IMG/VR virus record: IMGVR_UViG_3300030202_001144
Coordinates: 1 to 62,896 of that record
Length of the DNA: 62,896 bases
Source: a virus
Lineage: Duplodnaviria; Caudoviricetes
Reading direction: 5' to 3' (one strand)
Shown: in pieces, positions 38,270 through 47,994 of the stretch
How positions within the stretch are numbered: position 1 is the stretch's first letter
Layout of the letters: every line of letters begins with the position of its first letter
Position numbers and translations under genes: made by a program
Notes under the pieces: generated by a model
Databases searched by the model: none
Told to the model about the DNA's origin: nothing
The model's input: the letters and a program-made list of their open reading frames with translations, nothing else

Positions 38270-38331
38270 TTTTTTAGTTTTAATAAAACCCTGCTAGAAA
38301 ACTAACAGGGAATTATGATTAATAATTTGTG

Positions 38332-38622
38332 TTATGCTACTACTAAGTCAGTAATTTTTACGCCTGTATTGTTTTGTACAATTGACATAATACCTCCTGG
38401 GTTCGCAGTTACAGCTGAAATAAATAAATCAGCCCACTCTTTACCTTTTGCAGTTACTTCAAATAAGTAGCTTTTACCTCCAGCATAAACTACAAAGTTA
38501 TCAGCAGATGCGTTTCCATTTGCTAAACCTTGGTATACTGCTTCAACGTCTCCGATTAATATATCAGAAAGTTGATTAGCTACATTAATGTCTGCAGCTT
38601 TAATTTTAATGAAATTTGCCAT
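38332..38622 (-). CDS. Small putative structural protein
   Basis: MCP-like codon bias; structured, repetitive leader. Confidence 0.65.
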   Translation of the reverse strand: MANFIKIKAADINVANQLSDILIGDVEAVYQGLANGNASADNFVVYAGGKSYLFEVTAKGKEWADLFISAVTANPGGIMSIVQNNTGVKITDLVVA

Positions 38623-38691
38623 AATTTTCGTGTTAAATGTTATTGTTAAATGTTAAATGTTATTGTTGAGTTTTATACAGCTCTCTTACTG

Positions 38692-38904
38692 TTATCCTTT
38701 TGCAAGTTGAGTTATAGGTCCTGCTTTATACGAACAAGGAGCTTTTAATACTTCTTTACCGTATATACCTGAACTTAAGCCTGGACCATGAGGTCTACCA
38801 ACTTGATCTAGCGGCCCATCCCATATATGTGATTCACCTACTATACCAACTTTAGTTCCTGGCTTTAACTTTTCCATTGCTGGGTCATATTTTTTATGAT
38901 TCAT
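38692..38904 (-). CDS. Hypothetical protein
   Basis: ORF track. Confidence 0.65.
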   Translation of the reverse strand: MNHKKYDPAMEKLKPGTKVGIVGESHIWDGPLDQVGRPHGPGLSSGIYGKEVLKAPCSYKAGPITQLAKG

Positions 38905-38914
38905 AACTATTGTG

Positions 38915-39418
38915 TTAAACTGGTTTATATAATTCTTCTAATTTATTTTGCGGTGCCTGCATTTCTGGTGGATTCACATTTGACATAACATCATTTATTA
39001 CTTCGTTTTTAAACTCTGTTTTGTCTGCAGGATCTATTTCAGATGAAAATGTATTAACTGATTCTTTAACATTGTCAACTAAAGGTTTACCAGTATTTAT
39101 AGCATTTTGCATTAAAGTTTGTTTTGAAACACCGGTTTTATCAACAGCACCACCTAATGGAGCTAATGTTTGATTTTGTAACTGAGGATTAATAGGATTT
39201 GTATTGGCAATATAAGTTGGCATAAAACCACCTGGGTTTTGACCATATTGAGCTGTTCTATCCATGTGACCCATTGTATAAGCTTCAGGAGTTGCAAACT
39301 GCTGATAATTAGTCATACCTTCAATTCCTTCGTGAGCAAAACCTGTTTGTTTTAAACCACCAGGCAAACCCATTTGTCTCAATGGAGGTATTTTATAAGA
39401 TATTTTTTTTCTTGCCAT
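38915..39418 (-). CDS. Hypothetical low-complexity protein
   Basis: ORF track; PPLRQ motif near the N-terminus. Confidence 0.65.
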   Translation of the reverse strand: MARKKISYKIPPLRQMGLPGGLKQTGFAHEGIEGMTNYQQFATPEAYTMGHMDRTAQYGQNPGGFMPTYIANTNPINPQLQNQTLAPLGGAVDKTGVSKQTLMQNAINTGKPLVDNVKESVNTFSSEIDPADKTEFKNEVINDVMSNVNPPEMQAPQNKLEELYKPV

Positions 39419-39420
39419 AA

Positions 39421-40116
39421 TTATTCGTTTTCTTTATTAACATCAGGTGCAAACTCTTTCATAAAATCTTCACCTGCTCTATTAGTTTGACTCTTGATAA
39501 AATTTTCTTTTTTCTTTTGTAATCTTTTTGCTTTTGCGTATTTACCATCAGCTAATGCTTGTTTTAATCTAGCGTCAATCGAAGGTAAATTTCTTTTGTT
39601 AAATCCAAATTTATTTTTATTAGGATCTCTTTCTGCGTCTAACATTGGATCGTCCATAAAACTATATGGATTTATAGTATTGCTGTTATTGTTAGCGCCT
39701 GAATCAGTAGTACTTTGTGGGTTTGAATAACTACCACTTCCAAAAACAGGAGGTTTTACATCTGGTAATTTCATTCCACCAAACTTTGTTTGAGTTGGCG
39801 TGCCTGGAATTAAAGGTGCAGGTTCTGGTTTAGTAAACTTATCAAGCATATTAAGCTCTGATAAAGCATTATAAGCAGCGCTACCTGGTCTTACGTGATT
39901 ATTTTTTACTGGATGAGTAGTTCTCATTTTTTCAGCTTTTTTATAACTAGCGTCATTACCTGCTGTGCCGGGACTATTCATTTGTCTCATCTTGTTCCAA
40001 CCTTCAGAGTGCATCATATCACTACCGCAGTGTTTTAATGGATGAGGTAAATCTCTTTCTAAGTCATCACCAAACATTATTTTTGCAGCGCGTTTTACAT
40101 TATTTTTAAAAGCCAT
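39421..40116 (-). CDS. Hypothetical protein with MAFK N-terminus
   Basis: ORF track; HPLKH and HPVKN motifs. Confidence 0.65.
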   Translation of the reverse strand: MAFKNNVKRAAKIMFGDDLERDLPHPLKHCGSDMMHSEGWNKMRQMNSPGTAGNDASYKKAEKMRTTHPVKNNHVRPGSAAYNALSELNMLDKFTKPEPAPLIPGTPTQTKFGGMKLPDVKPPVFGSGSYSNPQSTTDSGANNNSNTINPYSFMDDPMLDAERDPNKNKFGFNKRNLPSIDARLKQALADGKYAKAKRLQKKKENFIKSQTNRAGEDFMKEFAPDVNKENE

Positions 40117-40118
40117 GT

Positions 40119-40565
40119 TTATCTATTTTTATCTATATTAACATTATATATAGAAGTTCTTAAAACTTTATTTGTATACGTATCTTTTCTCATTATAATA
40201 TTTCTTCTTTCGCTTGTAGGTATATCTTCATAACCTAACATTATTTTATAAATTTTATTTATAAGTTGTTTTGCTTTAAACGATATTTTATAAATATTAT
40301 ATTTTTGAGTCGTTCTATTTCTATGACGCCAAACAACTATCCAGTTGTTCTTTATTAATTTGTTCCATCTTTTTTTATCCCAACTATAAGAGTATGTACC
40401 CATTTTAAAATCTTTTATGGTAAACATATCTACACAATCTAAATAAATTAACAATTCTAATTCAGCATCATTTAAGCCGTTGTTCTTACAAGCCCACTTA
40501 CGTATTATACGATAATGTTTCAGCAAATTCAGATCTTTTAAATCTGATGCTTCTAGCCTTTTCAT
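40119..40565 (-). CDS. Basic hypothetical protein, possible winged-helix
   Basis: GLNDAELELLIYL...YKISFKAKQL resembles MarR-type wHTH. Confidence 0.45.
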   Translation of the reverse strand: MKRLEASDLKDLNLLKHYRIIRKWACKNNGLNDAELELLIYLDCVDMFTIKDFKMGTYSYSWDKKRWNKLIKNNWIVVWRHRNRTTQKYNIYKISFKAKQLINKIYKIMLGYEDIPTSERRNIIMRKDTYTNKVLRTSIYNVNIDKNR

Positions 40566-40825
40566 AAAACAACGACCACATCTTGTGATTTTATAACATG
40601 ATAAGTATTATCTTCTACTTCTATTTTATGTCCTGCGTGTCTATCAAAATAAATAGTATCATTTTCATTTAATCCTTTTATTTCATCACCTACAGCTAAA
40701 ATAGTAGCTTTAGTATATCTAATATCATCTTTATGTTTTTCACCTAAAAGTAAACCACCTTTTGTTTTTGTGGTTCCTTCTTTGGTTTTTTCTATTATTA
40801 AATTTCTACCTATTGCTTTCATCAA
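40562..40825 (-). CDS. groS: Co-chaperonin GroES
   Basis: TKGGLLL mobile loop, AVGD, small Cpn10 size. Confidence 0.85.
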   Translation of the reverse strand: MMKAIGRNLIIEKTKEGTTKTKGGLLLGEKHKDDIRYTKATILAVGDEIKGLNENDTIYFDRHAGHKIEVEDNTYHVIKSQDVVVVL

Positions 40826-42362
40826 CTCTAATATTATTAATTACACAATCTGTAGATAAAATTGTAGTAGCTACTGAAGCAGCGTTTTTTAACGCGCTTT
40901 TAGTTACAAGCAAAGGATCAATTACACCTTCATCTATCATGTTTGCTTTAGCTTTATTTATTACATTTATACCTACACCATCTTCAGCAGGTATAACTAT
41001 TTCATCTATACCAGCATTATTTAATATAACTTTATAAGGAGACATAATAGATTCTAATAAAATTTGTTCACCTTGATTATCTCCTTTTACATTAAAAGAA
41101 GCATTTAACAAAGCAACTCCTCCTCCAGGAACTATACCTTCTTTTATAGCAGCTTTAGTAGCACATATAGCGTCTTCAGCTCTATCTAATTTTTCTTTTA
41201 GTTCAACTTCTGAATTAGCACCTATTTTTACAACCGCAATTTTTGCAGATAATCTAGCTAATCTTTTTTCTAAACTTATTATTTTATCAGGTATTTTACA
41301 ACTTTTTAATTCCTTTTTGATTTCTTCTATTATACTTAATGTTTCCGGTTTTGTTTCACCTATTTGTATAATAGTTTCATCTTCTGTAGTAACACTTTTT
41401 AAACATGAACCTAAATAGTCTATATCTATTAAATCCATATCGTCACCTAAATTTTCATTTATAACAACAGCATTTGTAAGTAATGCAATATCATCTAATA
41501 TTTGCTTTCTATTTATACCTAATACTGGAGCTTCTACTACATTTATTTTTATATTGCCTTTTGTTTTGTTCATTGCTAATGCAGTTAAAACATCAGGACT
41601 TAAATCACCTATTATTAATAATTGTTTTTTATTTTTTATAACATGTTCTAATATAGATTGTATTTGCCTTATAGTAGAAACTTCAGAATCAATAATTAAA
41701 ACTAATGGATTATCTAATTCTGCAGACTTGTTTTCTTTGTTTGTTATAAAATGAGGTGATGTTATACCTTTAGGATATTGTGCACCATCAATTACTTCAG
41801 TTTTAGTTTCACCCGAAACTGATACTTCCATCATTACTACGCCTGTTTTATCTACTGATCTAAAAGCATTAGCTATTAATGTACCTAATTTTTTATCGTT
41901 ATTAGTAGATATAGTTGCAACATGATCAAGCATTTCATCTTTAACAGGTATTGAAATATTATCTAAATATTTTACAACTTTATCAACACAGCTGTTTACA
42001 CCTTCTTTTATTATTCTTACGTTTTTTTTATCTAACACTTTATAAGCATTATCTAAAATAGCGTGAGCTAATACGGTTGCTGTAGTGGTTCCGTCGCCTG
42101 CTTCCTGTACTGTTTTTTTAGCAGCTTGTTTTAATAATGTAGCACCCATATTTTCTACTGGGTTTCTCAATATTATGTTTTCTGCTACAGTTACACCATC
42201 TTTAGTAATTATAGGATTACCATTGGAATCTTCTAAAATAACACACTTACCGCTAGCTCCTAAAGTGGAGCTAACAGCTTGTGTAAGTTTTTCAATTCCT
42301 TCAAATACTTTATCTCTAGCCTCGTTACCGAAGTTAAGATTTTTTACTATCATATTTGACAT
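40806..42362 (-). CDS. groL: Chaperonin GroEL
   Basis: ITKDGVTVA, AGDGTTTATVL, GIVPGGG, GVIDP motifs. Confidence 0.95.
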   Translation of the reverse strand: MSNMIVKNLNFGNEARDKVFEGIEKLTQAVSSTLGASGKCVILEDSNGNPIITKDGVTVAENIILRNPVENMGATLLKQAAKKTVQEAGDGTTTATVLAHAILDNAYKVLDKKNVRIIKEGVNSCVDKVVKYLDNISIPVKDEMLDHVATISTNNDKKLGTLIANAFRSVDKTGVVMMEVSVSGETKTEVIDGAQYPKGITSPHFITNKENKSAELDNPLVLIIDSEVSTIRQIQSILEHVIKNKKQLLIIGDLSPDVLTALAMNKTKGNIKINVVEAPVLGINRKQILDDIALLTNAVVINENLGDDMDLIDIDYLGSCLKSVTTEDETIIQIGETKPETLSIIEEIKKELKSCKIPDKIISLEKRLARLSAKIAVVKIGANSEVELKEKLDRAEDAICATKAAIKEGIVPGGGVALLNASFNVKGDNQGEQILLESIMSPYKVILNNAGIDEIVIPAEDGVGINVINKAKANMIDEGVIDPLLVTKSALKNAASVATTILSTDCVINNIRVDESNR

Positions 42363-42387
42363 AATTTAATTTAATTTAATTTAATTG

Positions 42388-42675
42388 TTATTTAAAGGTT
42401 TTGACGACTTTTGGTCCTTTTAAGAAATCTACTTTCTTAGCATAGTGTTCTACTGATCCATCAATAGCTTGTTCTGCTCCTTCAATAGTTTCTCTACGGG
42501 TTACGTCGTGCCAAGTATCTTCATTTGGATCTTGGTATTCAGTTTGATAAAAACCGTTAGGTAATTGGGTTATCCTCCAGTTCTTTTTTTCTGAAAGATG
42601 TTTCCAAAGGTTAATGGTTTCTTCTGAAATTTGTGGTTGACTATTCCACGTTCTAGTCTGATAATAAAACGTCAT
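42388..42675 (-). CDS. Hypothetical protein
   Basis: ORF track; first gene after a class 2 promoter. Confidence 0.7.
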   Translation of the reverse strand: MTFYYQTRTWNSQPQISEETINLWKHLSEKKNWRITQLPNGFYQTEYQDPNEDTWHDVTRRETIEGAEQAIDGSVEHYAKKVDFLKGPKVVKTFK

Positions 42676-42732
42676 AATTTTGGTTTTAAGTTATTATTGG
42701 TTTATTGCTCTTACCCGAGCAGGGTATAATAT

Positions 42733-42761
42733 TATTATTACTGATTTTATGTATATTTTAC
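42733..42761 (-). promoter_or_regulatory. Class 2 promoter GTAAA-N15-GTAATAATA
   Basis: Conserved spacing; intergenic. Confidence 0.65.
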
Positions 42762-43451
42762 TTATATTCCAGCTACATTATCTATATCAGCTGCATCTAC
42801 ACTTATTATGTTATCTATATCATCACCATCAACCCCTATAACATTATTTGAATAACCAGTAGCTGTAGCTGTAAATTCAAGTCTTGGAACATAAGAAAAA
42901 TTTTGATAACCATTCAGGGTTTGTACTAAAAGCGGCGCTTGATTATTATAATCGTCATACCACATTACAGCTAGTTTTAAGTAACCAGTACTAAATGCAC
43001 TAATAGCAGTTGAGTTTAAAGTTATGTCACTAATACTATTTGTATCAGGCCAATATGTTGTACTACTTCCTCCATATAGAGTGCTAAAATCTACATCACC
43101 AAAATCACTTGATGATAAATTTGTATCTGCATTTCCTTGAGCTGTAGACTTTACAATAGCTATTGGAAAATTACTACTACTAGTAGCTGTAGGATCAAGT
43201 CTTAATCTTAAGTTACTAATAGTGTATCCTGTTTGATAACTAGTTACATCAAAAGCAAAGAAAGCGCGATATAACTGCCATTCACTTCCTTTACCACCAG
43301 ATACATATCTCATCCTAACAGAAATAGCATTGCTACTAGTAGGTTGATTTGAAGTAAAATCATTTGCAGTACTAGAGTTTCTACATTGACTAAACGAATT
43401 AATTGATGAATTCCCTAGTATTCCATATTTAGATGCATTTATTGTAGGCAT
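42762..43451 (-). CDS. Putative virion carbohydrate-binding (DNRLRE-like) protein
   Basis: RAFFAFDV..ISNLRLRL...PRLEFT pattern; lies in the tail fibre block. Confidence 0.4.
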   Translation of the reverse strand: MPTINASKYGILGNSSINSFSQCRNSSTANDFTSNQPTSSNAISVRMRYVSGGKGSEWQLYRAFFAFDVTSYQTGYTISNLRLRLDPTATSSSNFPIAIVKSTAQGNADTNLSSSDFGDVDFSTLYGGSSTTYWPDTNSISDITLNSTAISAFSTGYLKLAVMWYDDYNNQAPLLVQTLNGYQNFSYVPRLEFTATATGYSNNVIGVDGDDIDNIISVDAADIDNVAGI

Positions 43452-43453
43452 GA

Positions 43454-44752
43454 TTAACTAACTTCTACCCAAGTACCGCTTGGATTAAAATATATTATAT
43501 TTGAATCTATAGTATATCCAACAACTCTAACATAATCACCAGCTCCACTAGGTGGAGTTGTAGTAAATTCACCAGCTGTAGTAGATACATATAGAGGCGC
43601 ACCAGCGCTTAAACCATGTGATGCAATTCTAATAAGTCCTTGTAATAACATACCATCACTAGATGAACTTGTTCCTAAAGCAACACCTAACATCCTTGTA
43701 GCTCCATCACTATCTGCATCGGCTAACGACCAAGCAGCTGCTAAATTACTTTTATAATATATTTTACCAAATGTAGTAGATGAGCTGTGTAGTTTTATAA
43801 TTATACCGTTTCCTTCTGCACCAGCTCCAGGAGCAGCAAAAGTATTTAATTCAATACCACTATCTGGATCTAATACAAGATTTCCATCACTTGATAACGT
43901 ACAGTTTCCTGTAACTGATACACCACTTGATGTTGTTTGAAATTTCTGTGAATTATTATGATATAATTGAACACCAGCGTTACCTGTACAATAAACAGCA
44001 TTTTCACTACTTTGTGATTGTATTATAACATCATCACTAGCTCTTAAATATAAATCATCACCATTACTATCTATATATAAATCAGCTGTTGCATTTAAAA
44101 TATAAGAGTTTGATCCGTCGTGATATAATTCTAAATCAGTAGAACTTCCCAGCGTTATACGAGATTTATCAGGCCATTTAGTATAAAGAGCACTACCAGT
44201 ACTTGCAGCACTACCATCTAATCTAAAATATTCAGTAGCAGTTCCATTACCACTATCTGCATAAAATGTTATATCACCATCTTCAGCTTGATTCCATAAT
44301 TCAAAATTTCTACCACCACTTTCATTTATTAAAAAGAAATCATTATTTGCATCGTTTAACATTGAAAATGTATTGGCTGTGTTGCCAAAATTTCTCCATT
44401 GAAAAGCAACTAGATTACTTAAATAAACATTATTTGTTATTAGTGTAGAAGTAGAGTTGCCAGCTAAAGGTAAATATGCAAAACCTGATACAGCACCAAG
44501 ATCAGAAACTAATTGAGTTCCTGTTCTATACTTAATCTCTCCACTATCACTTACTAAAAATTTATCAGTATCTGATGTAGCATTAGATATAGTATCAACT
44601 TTTGCTTTACCACCAACATGTAAGGAATATGTTGTAGCTTGTGCAGCGCCGCCAGTAAATACACCACCGGCAGCTACTACATCTCCTTCTTTTTGGTTTC
44701 CATTTAATATTATGTCACCATCAGTTGTTATATTTGTTTCAAAATGTGGCAT
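43454..44752 (-). CDS. Tail fibre/spike protein
   Basis: DLELYHDGSNSYI, KFQTTSSGVSVTG fibre motifs; C-terminal beta domain. Confidence 0.7.
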   Translation of the reverse strand: MPHFETNITTDGDIILNGNQKEGDVVAAGGVFTGGAAQATTYSLHVGGKAKVDTISNATSDTDKFLVSDSGEIKYRTGTQLVSDLGAVSGFAYLPLAGNSTSTLITNNVYLSNLVAFQWRNFGNTANTFSMLNDANNDFFLINESGGRNFELWNQAEDGDITFYADSGNGTATEYFRLDGSAASTGSALYTKWPDKSRITLGSSTDLELYHDGSNSYILNATADLYIDSNGDDLYLRASDDVIIQSQSSENAVYCTGNAGVQLYHNNSQKFQTTSSGVSVTGNCTLSSDGNLVLDPDSGIELNTFAAPGAGAEGNGIIIKLHSSSTTFGKIYYKSNLAAAWSLADADSDGATRMLGVALGTSSSSDGMLLQGLIRIASHGLSAGAPLYVSTTAGEFTTTPPSGAGDYVRVVGYTIDSNIIYFNPSGTWVEVS

Positions 44753-44777
44753 TTAATTTAATTTTATTTTTGTTGTT

Positions 44778-47267
44778 TTATCCAACATATGTTAATAATA
44801 CTTCATAAGCACTATCAGAAGGTGTTCCTAAGAAAGCTATTTCTAAATCAGCTGAAGATCTAGTTACATCCGCGTATACTGTTGCTCCACCAGATGTTAT
44901 TACTTCGCATTTTACATCTAAAGCAACAGTCCCAGCTCCGAATACACTAGAGTTTGAAACATCAACTGTAAATGTTCTTACACCACCTGAATCAGCTTTT
45001 GATACATATGCTAAACTTGAGTTTAAAACTATACGTTTACCAAGAGCACCTGTATCAGTTGGAGTAGCCCAAGAACCATCACCTCTTAAGAATGTACTAG
45101 CAGAACCACCGCTTGGTACATAACCTACGTTATTTCCACCGTTATATTTATTCGCTATTACTTCGACAGCTCCTGTGGTTGGAGTAACTTCTATAGCATT
45201 TGATAATCCTGTTGAAGTACCTGAAGTACCTTGAGATACACTAGTTACATTTTGAGTATTTGTATCTGTCCACGGAACGTTAACTACTAATTGATCACTT
45301 GAATTTTTAGTAACACCATAAGTTCTATTAGCAGTTGTTGATTGTGAATTTGCTGCAGGTGTGCTTCCAGTAGAATATCTAATTTTGCCAAGACCAAGTG
45401 TACTAGTGGTCATTGCACTATATGTTGTATTTGTGTCACTCCATGGTACGTTAACAACTAGTTGATTACTTGAATTCTTTTGAATACCATAAGTACGACT
45501 TGCGGTTGCACTAACAGCATTTGCAGCTACAGTTTGTGTAGTGTTGTCTTCTAACTTACCTAAACCTAATGTAGTTGCTGTCATCATACTATATTCAGTA
45601 TTGGTTGGAGTAACCCAAGTACCGTCACCACGTAAGAACGTAGTTGAAGAACCACCAGTTGGAACAATACCTATTGATGTAGTACCACCGTAAATTTTAG
45701 ACTGTACCCATCCATTTGCGGTTACTGTAAACATATCTGAATCAAATCCAGCCACACCTTTTTCAGTAGCACCATCTGTAGATCCTGCACCTGCTATGTT
45801 TTGGTCAGCAAGAACTGTTGTATAGTCTGAAGCAGATGGAGTTGAACTTGCAGCAATTGCATTATTAGCAAAGATAAAGTCACCAACTTCTACAGTATCA
45901 CTAAAGAAAGTACCATCAGTTGTTACTACATAAAAGTCACCTTGATCAAGCGCCACGTTACTACCACCAGTTAACGCTGGTGAGTTTGTACTAGCATTAT
46001 ATCCTCCTTGGAATTTACCAACACCACCAACTTGAGATAATACATATCCTTTAGAAGCAGCATCTGTAGAAGCACTTGGAGTAGCTGGTACTGTTACTTG
46101 ACCAGCAAAACTTGATTGACCTGTACCTGAGACAGTTAATTCACCACCTACAGTTAAATCATTAGTAGTAGTTATATTATTTCCACTAAATGTTGCTGGT
46201 GCATTTATGAGTTGACCATTTGTGTCGTCCCAAGCCATAAATGTATCATCAGATAAAGCAGCATTGTTTTTAAGAACAATAGTACCAGATCCTGTTATTG
46301 TTCCACCACTAATACCACCGTCAGTTGCAATACTTGTTACAGTACCACCTGAGTTTGTATCACTCCAAGGAACATTTACTACTAACTGATTACTAGAATT
46401 TTTCTGTATACCATATGTTCTTGATGCTGTAGCTGAAACTGTATTAGCAGCAACTGTTTGAGTTGTATTGCTAAATAATTTTCCTAGACCAAGAGTAGTA
46501 GCAGTCATCATGCTATAAGTAGTATTCGTATCTGTCCAAGGTACGTTTACTAGCATTTGATCACTAGAGTTTAATTGTACTTTATATGATCTACTTGCTG
46601 TACTTGATACAGTATTACCCGCAACTGATTGCGTAGTATCACTACCAAGTTTTACTAATCCTAATGCAGAAGCTGTTGCTGTACTATATGTAGTGTTAGT
46701 ATCAGGTAATGTAATAGCTAATACATAAGGATCACCAGTTGTACCTGTTCCTGATAAATTAGTACCAGCTGTACCAGTAGCTGCAGTAACTTTTACATAT
46801 TTGTTATTGCTAACTGTTTTATCATCGTTGTCATCATCTCTAAGATACCATTGTGACATAGTACCTGCTGTACCGCTTGAAGCAGCTGTTAAACGACCTT
46901 GATCATCTACTGTAATAGACGCGTTTGTGTAAGATCCAGCTGACACCGCTGTGTCATCTAGTTTAATAGAAATTGTATCAGTTGATGGAACTGATGATGT
47001 TAATCCTGTTCCACCTGCTATTGTTAATGTGTTACCGTCGTTTATTACAGATGAACCTGTATCACCTGCTGCTGTAAAACTATATGAAGCTCCTATGTCT
47101 ACCCAACCAGAACCTGTATATAGCCTAGCTACATCACTTGCGGTATTGTAATAAACTCGTCCTTCGTATAAATTACTACTTGGATCAGAGCCTAAATTCT
47201 CAAATCTTAGTTTTTGCGCCGATGCACCACTACTAAAATCGATATTGTTTACGAATGCTATTGCCAT
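44778..47267 (-). CDS. Tail fibre protein with internal repeats
   Basis: S/T/G-rich; GSYTNASITVDDQGRLTAAS, two FLRGDGxW motifs, four 57-aa repeats. Confidence 0.8.
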   Translation of the reverse strand: MAIAFVNNIDFSSGASAQKLRFENLGSDPSSNLYEGRVYYNTASDVARLYTGSGWVDIGASYSFTAAGDTGSSVINDGNTLTIAGGTGLTSSVPSTDTISIKLDDTAVSAGSYTNASITVDDQGRLTAASSGTAGTMSQWYLRDDDNDDKTVSNNKYVKVTAATGTAGTNLSGTGTTGDPYVLAITLPDTNTTYSTATASALGLVKLGSDTTQSVAGNTVSSTASRSYKVQLNSSDQMLVNVPWTDTNTTYSMMTATTLGLGKLFSNTTQTVAANTVSATASRTYGIQKNSSNQLVVNVPWSDTNSGGTVTSIATDGGISGGTITGSGTIVLKNNAALSDDTFMAWDDTNGQLINAPATFSGNNITTTNDLTVGGELTVSGTGQSSFAGQVTVPATPSASTDAASKGYVLSQVGGVGKFQGGYNASTNSPALTGGSNVALDQGDFYVVTTDGTFFSDTVEVGDFIFANNAIAASSTPSASDYTTVLADQNIAGAGSTDGATEKGVAGFDSDMFTVTANGWVQSKIYGGTTSIGIVPTGGSSTTFLRGDGTWVTPTNTEYSMMTATTLGLGKLEDNTTQTVAANAVSATASRTYGIQKNSSNQLVVNVPWSDTNTTYSAMTTSTLGLGKIRYSTGSTPAANSQSTTANRTYGVTKNSSDQLVVNVPWTDTNTQNVTSVSQGTSGTSTGLSNAIEVTPTTGAVEVIANKYNGGNNVGYVPSGGSASTFLRGDGSWATPTDTGALGKRIVLNSSLAYVSKADSGGVRTFTVDVSNSSVFGAGTVALDVKCEVITSGGATVYADVTRSSADLEIAFLGTPSDSAYEVLLTYVG
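45258..46694 (-). repeat. Four 171-nt repeats in two tandem pairs (46524-46694, 46353-46523, 45429-45599, 45258-45428)
   Basis: TTYS....LGLGKL...SRTYGIQKNSSNQLVVNVPW.DTN units. Confidence 0.9.
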
Positions 47268-47274
47268 GTTTTTG

Positions 47275-47979
47275 TTAGTTTAAAAATGCTTTGCCCGCAA
47301 ATGACGAGCTAAATGTTATTGTTAATTGATTTGTGTTTGTATATTCTACCGCACCACCTAAAACAGAAGTATCCCCGGTGTCAACCACTGACACTGATGG
47401 ATATTTTCCTAAGTTATGCGTTATATTCCAAGTAGATGCAGCAGCACCTTGAGTGAAATTAAATGTTTTATCGCCAGCTTCAATATTAAAATGTATAATA
47501 GTATATTGAGATCCTTCTGGAGCTATAACACCATTACCACCTATATATGTTAAAGTAGCGATATAATATTGATTGTTAGTAGGATCTACAACATATGAGT
47601 TTAATTTATAATGACCAAACTGACTTATTTGTTCACCTTCTCCTAGTAATATATCTTTTCCTACTAAATATTCTAAAAATTTTACTACATTTTGACTGTT
47701 TAGTTCTATTATAGATAAATGAACAGTAGTTAATGTATTAAATGCGTCTCCTGATCCACCACCTCCAGATTTTGATATTGTTCCTTCACCACCATTTTCT
47801 GTGTCAGACCATTTAAAAGACATTTGTCCGCCAATATTTACTTTAGCGTTTAAATTTAAATAAGTAGCAACATCTTTAGCTGTAAACTGTTTGGTTCGCC
47901 TGTTAGATGCTTCTGTTCCTATCCATGCATCATTGTCTGTAACTGTTCTATCGTACGGATATGAACTTATTCTAGCCAT
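47275..47979 (-). CDS. Virion structural protein
   Basis: MARISSY...D.WIGT start; C-terminal WNITHNLGKYPSVSVVD domain. Confidence 0.6.
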   Translation of the reverse strand: MARISSYPYDRTVTDNDAWIGTEASNRRTKQFTAKDVATYLNLNAKVNIGGQMSFKWSDTENGGEGTISKSGGGGSGDAFNTLTTVHLSIIELNSQNVVKFLEYLVGKDILLGEGEQISQFGHYKLNSYVVDPTNNQYYIATLTYIGGNGVIAPEGSQYTIIHFNIEAGDKTFNFTQGAAASTWNITHNLGKYPSVSVVDTGDTSVLGGAVEYTNTNQLTITFSSSFAGKAFLN

Positions 47980-47994
47980 TTTTTTTAAATTTTA

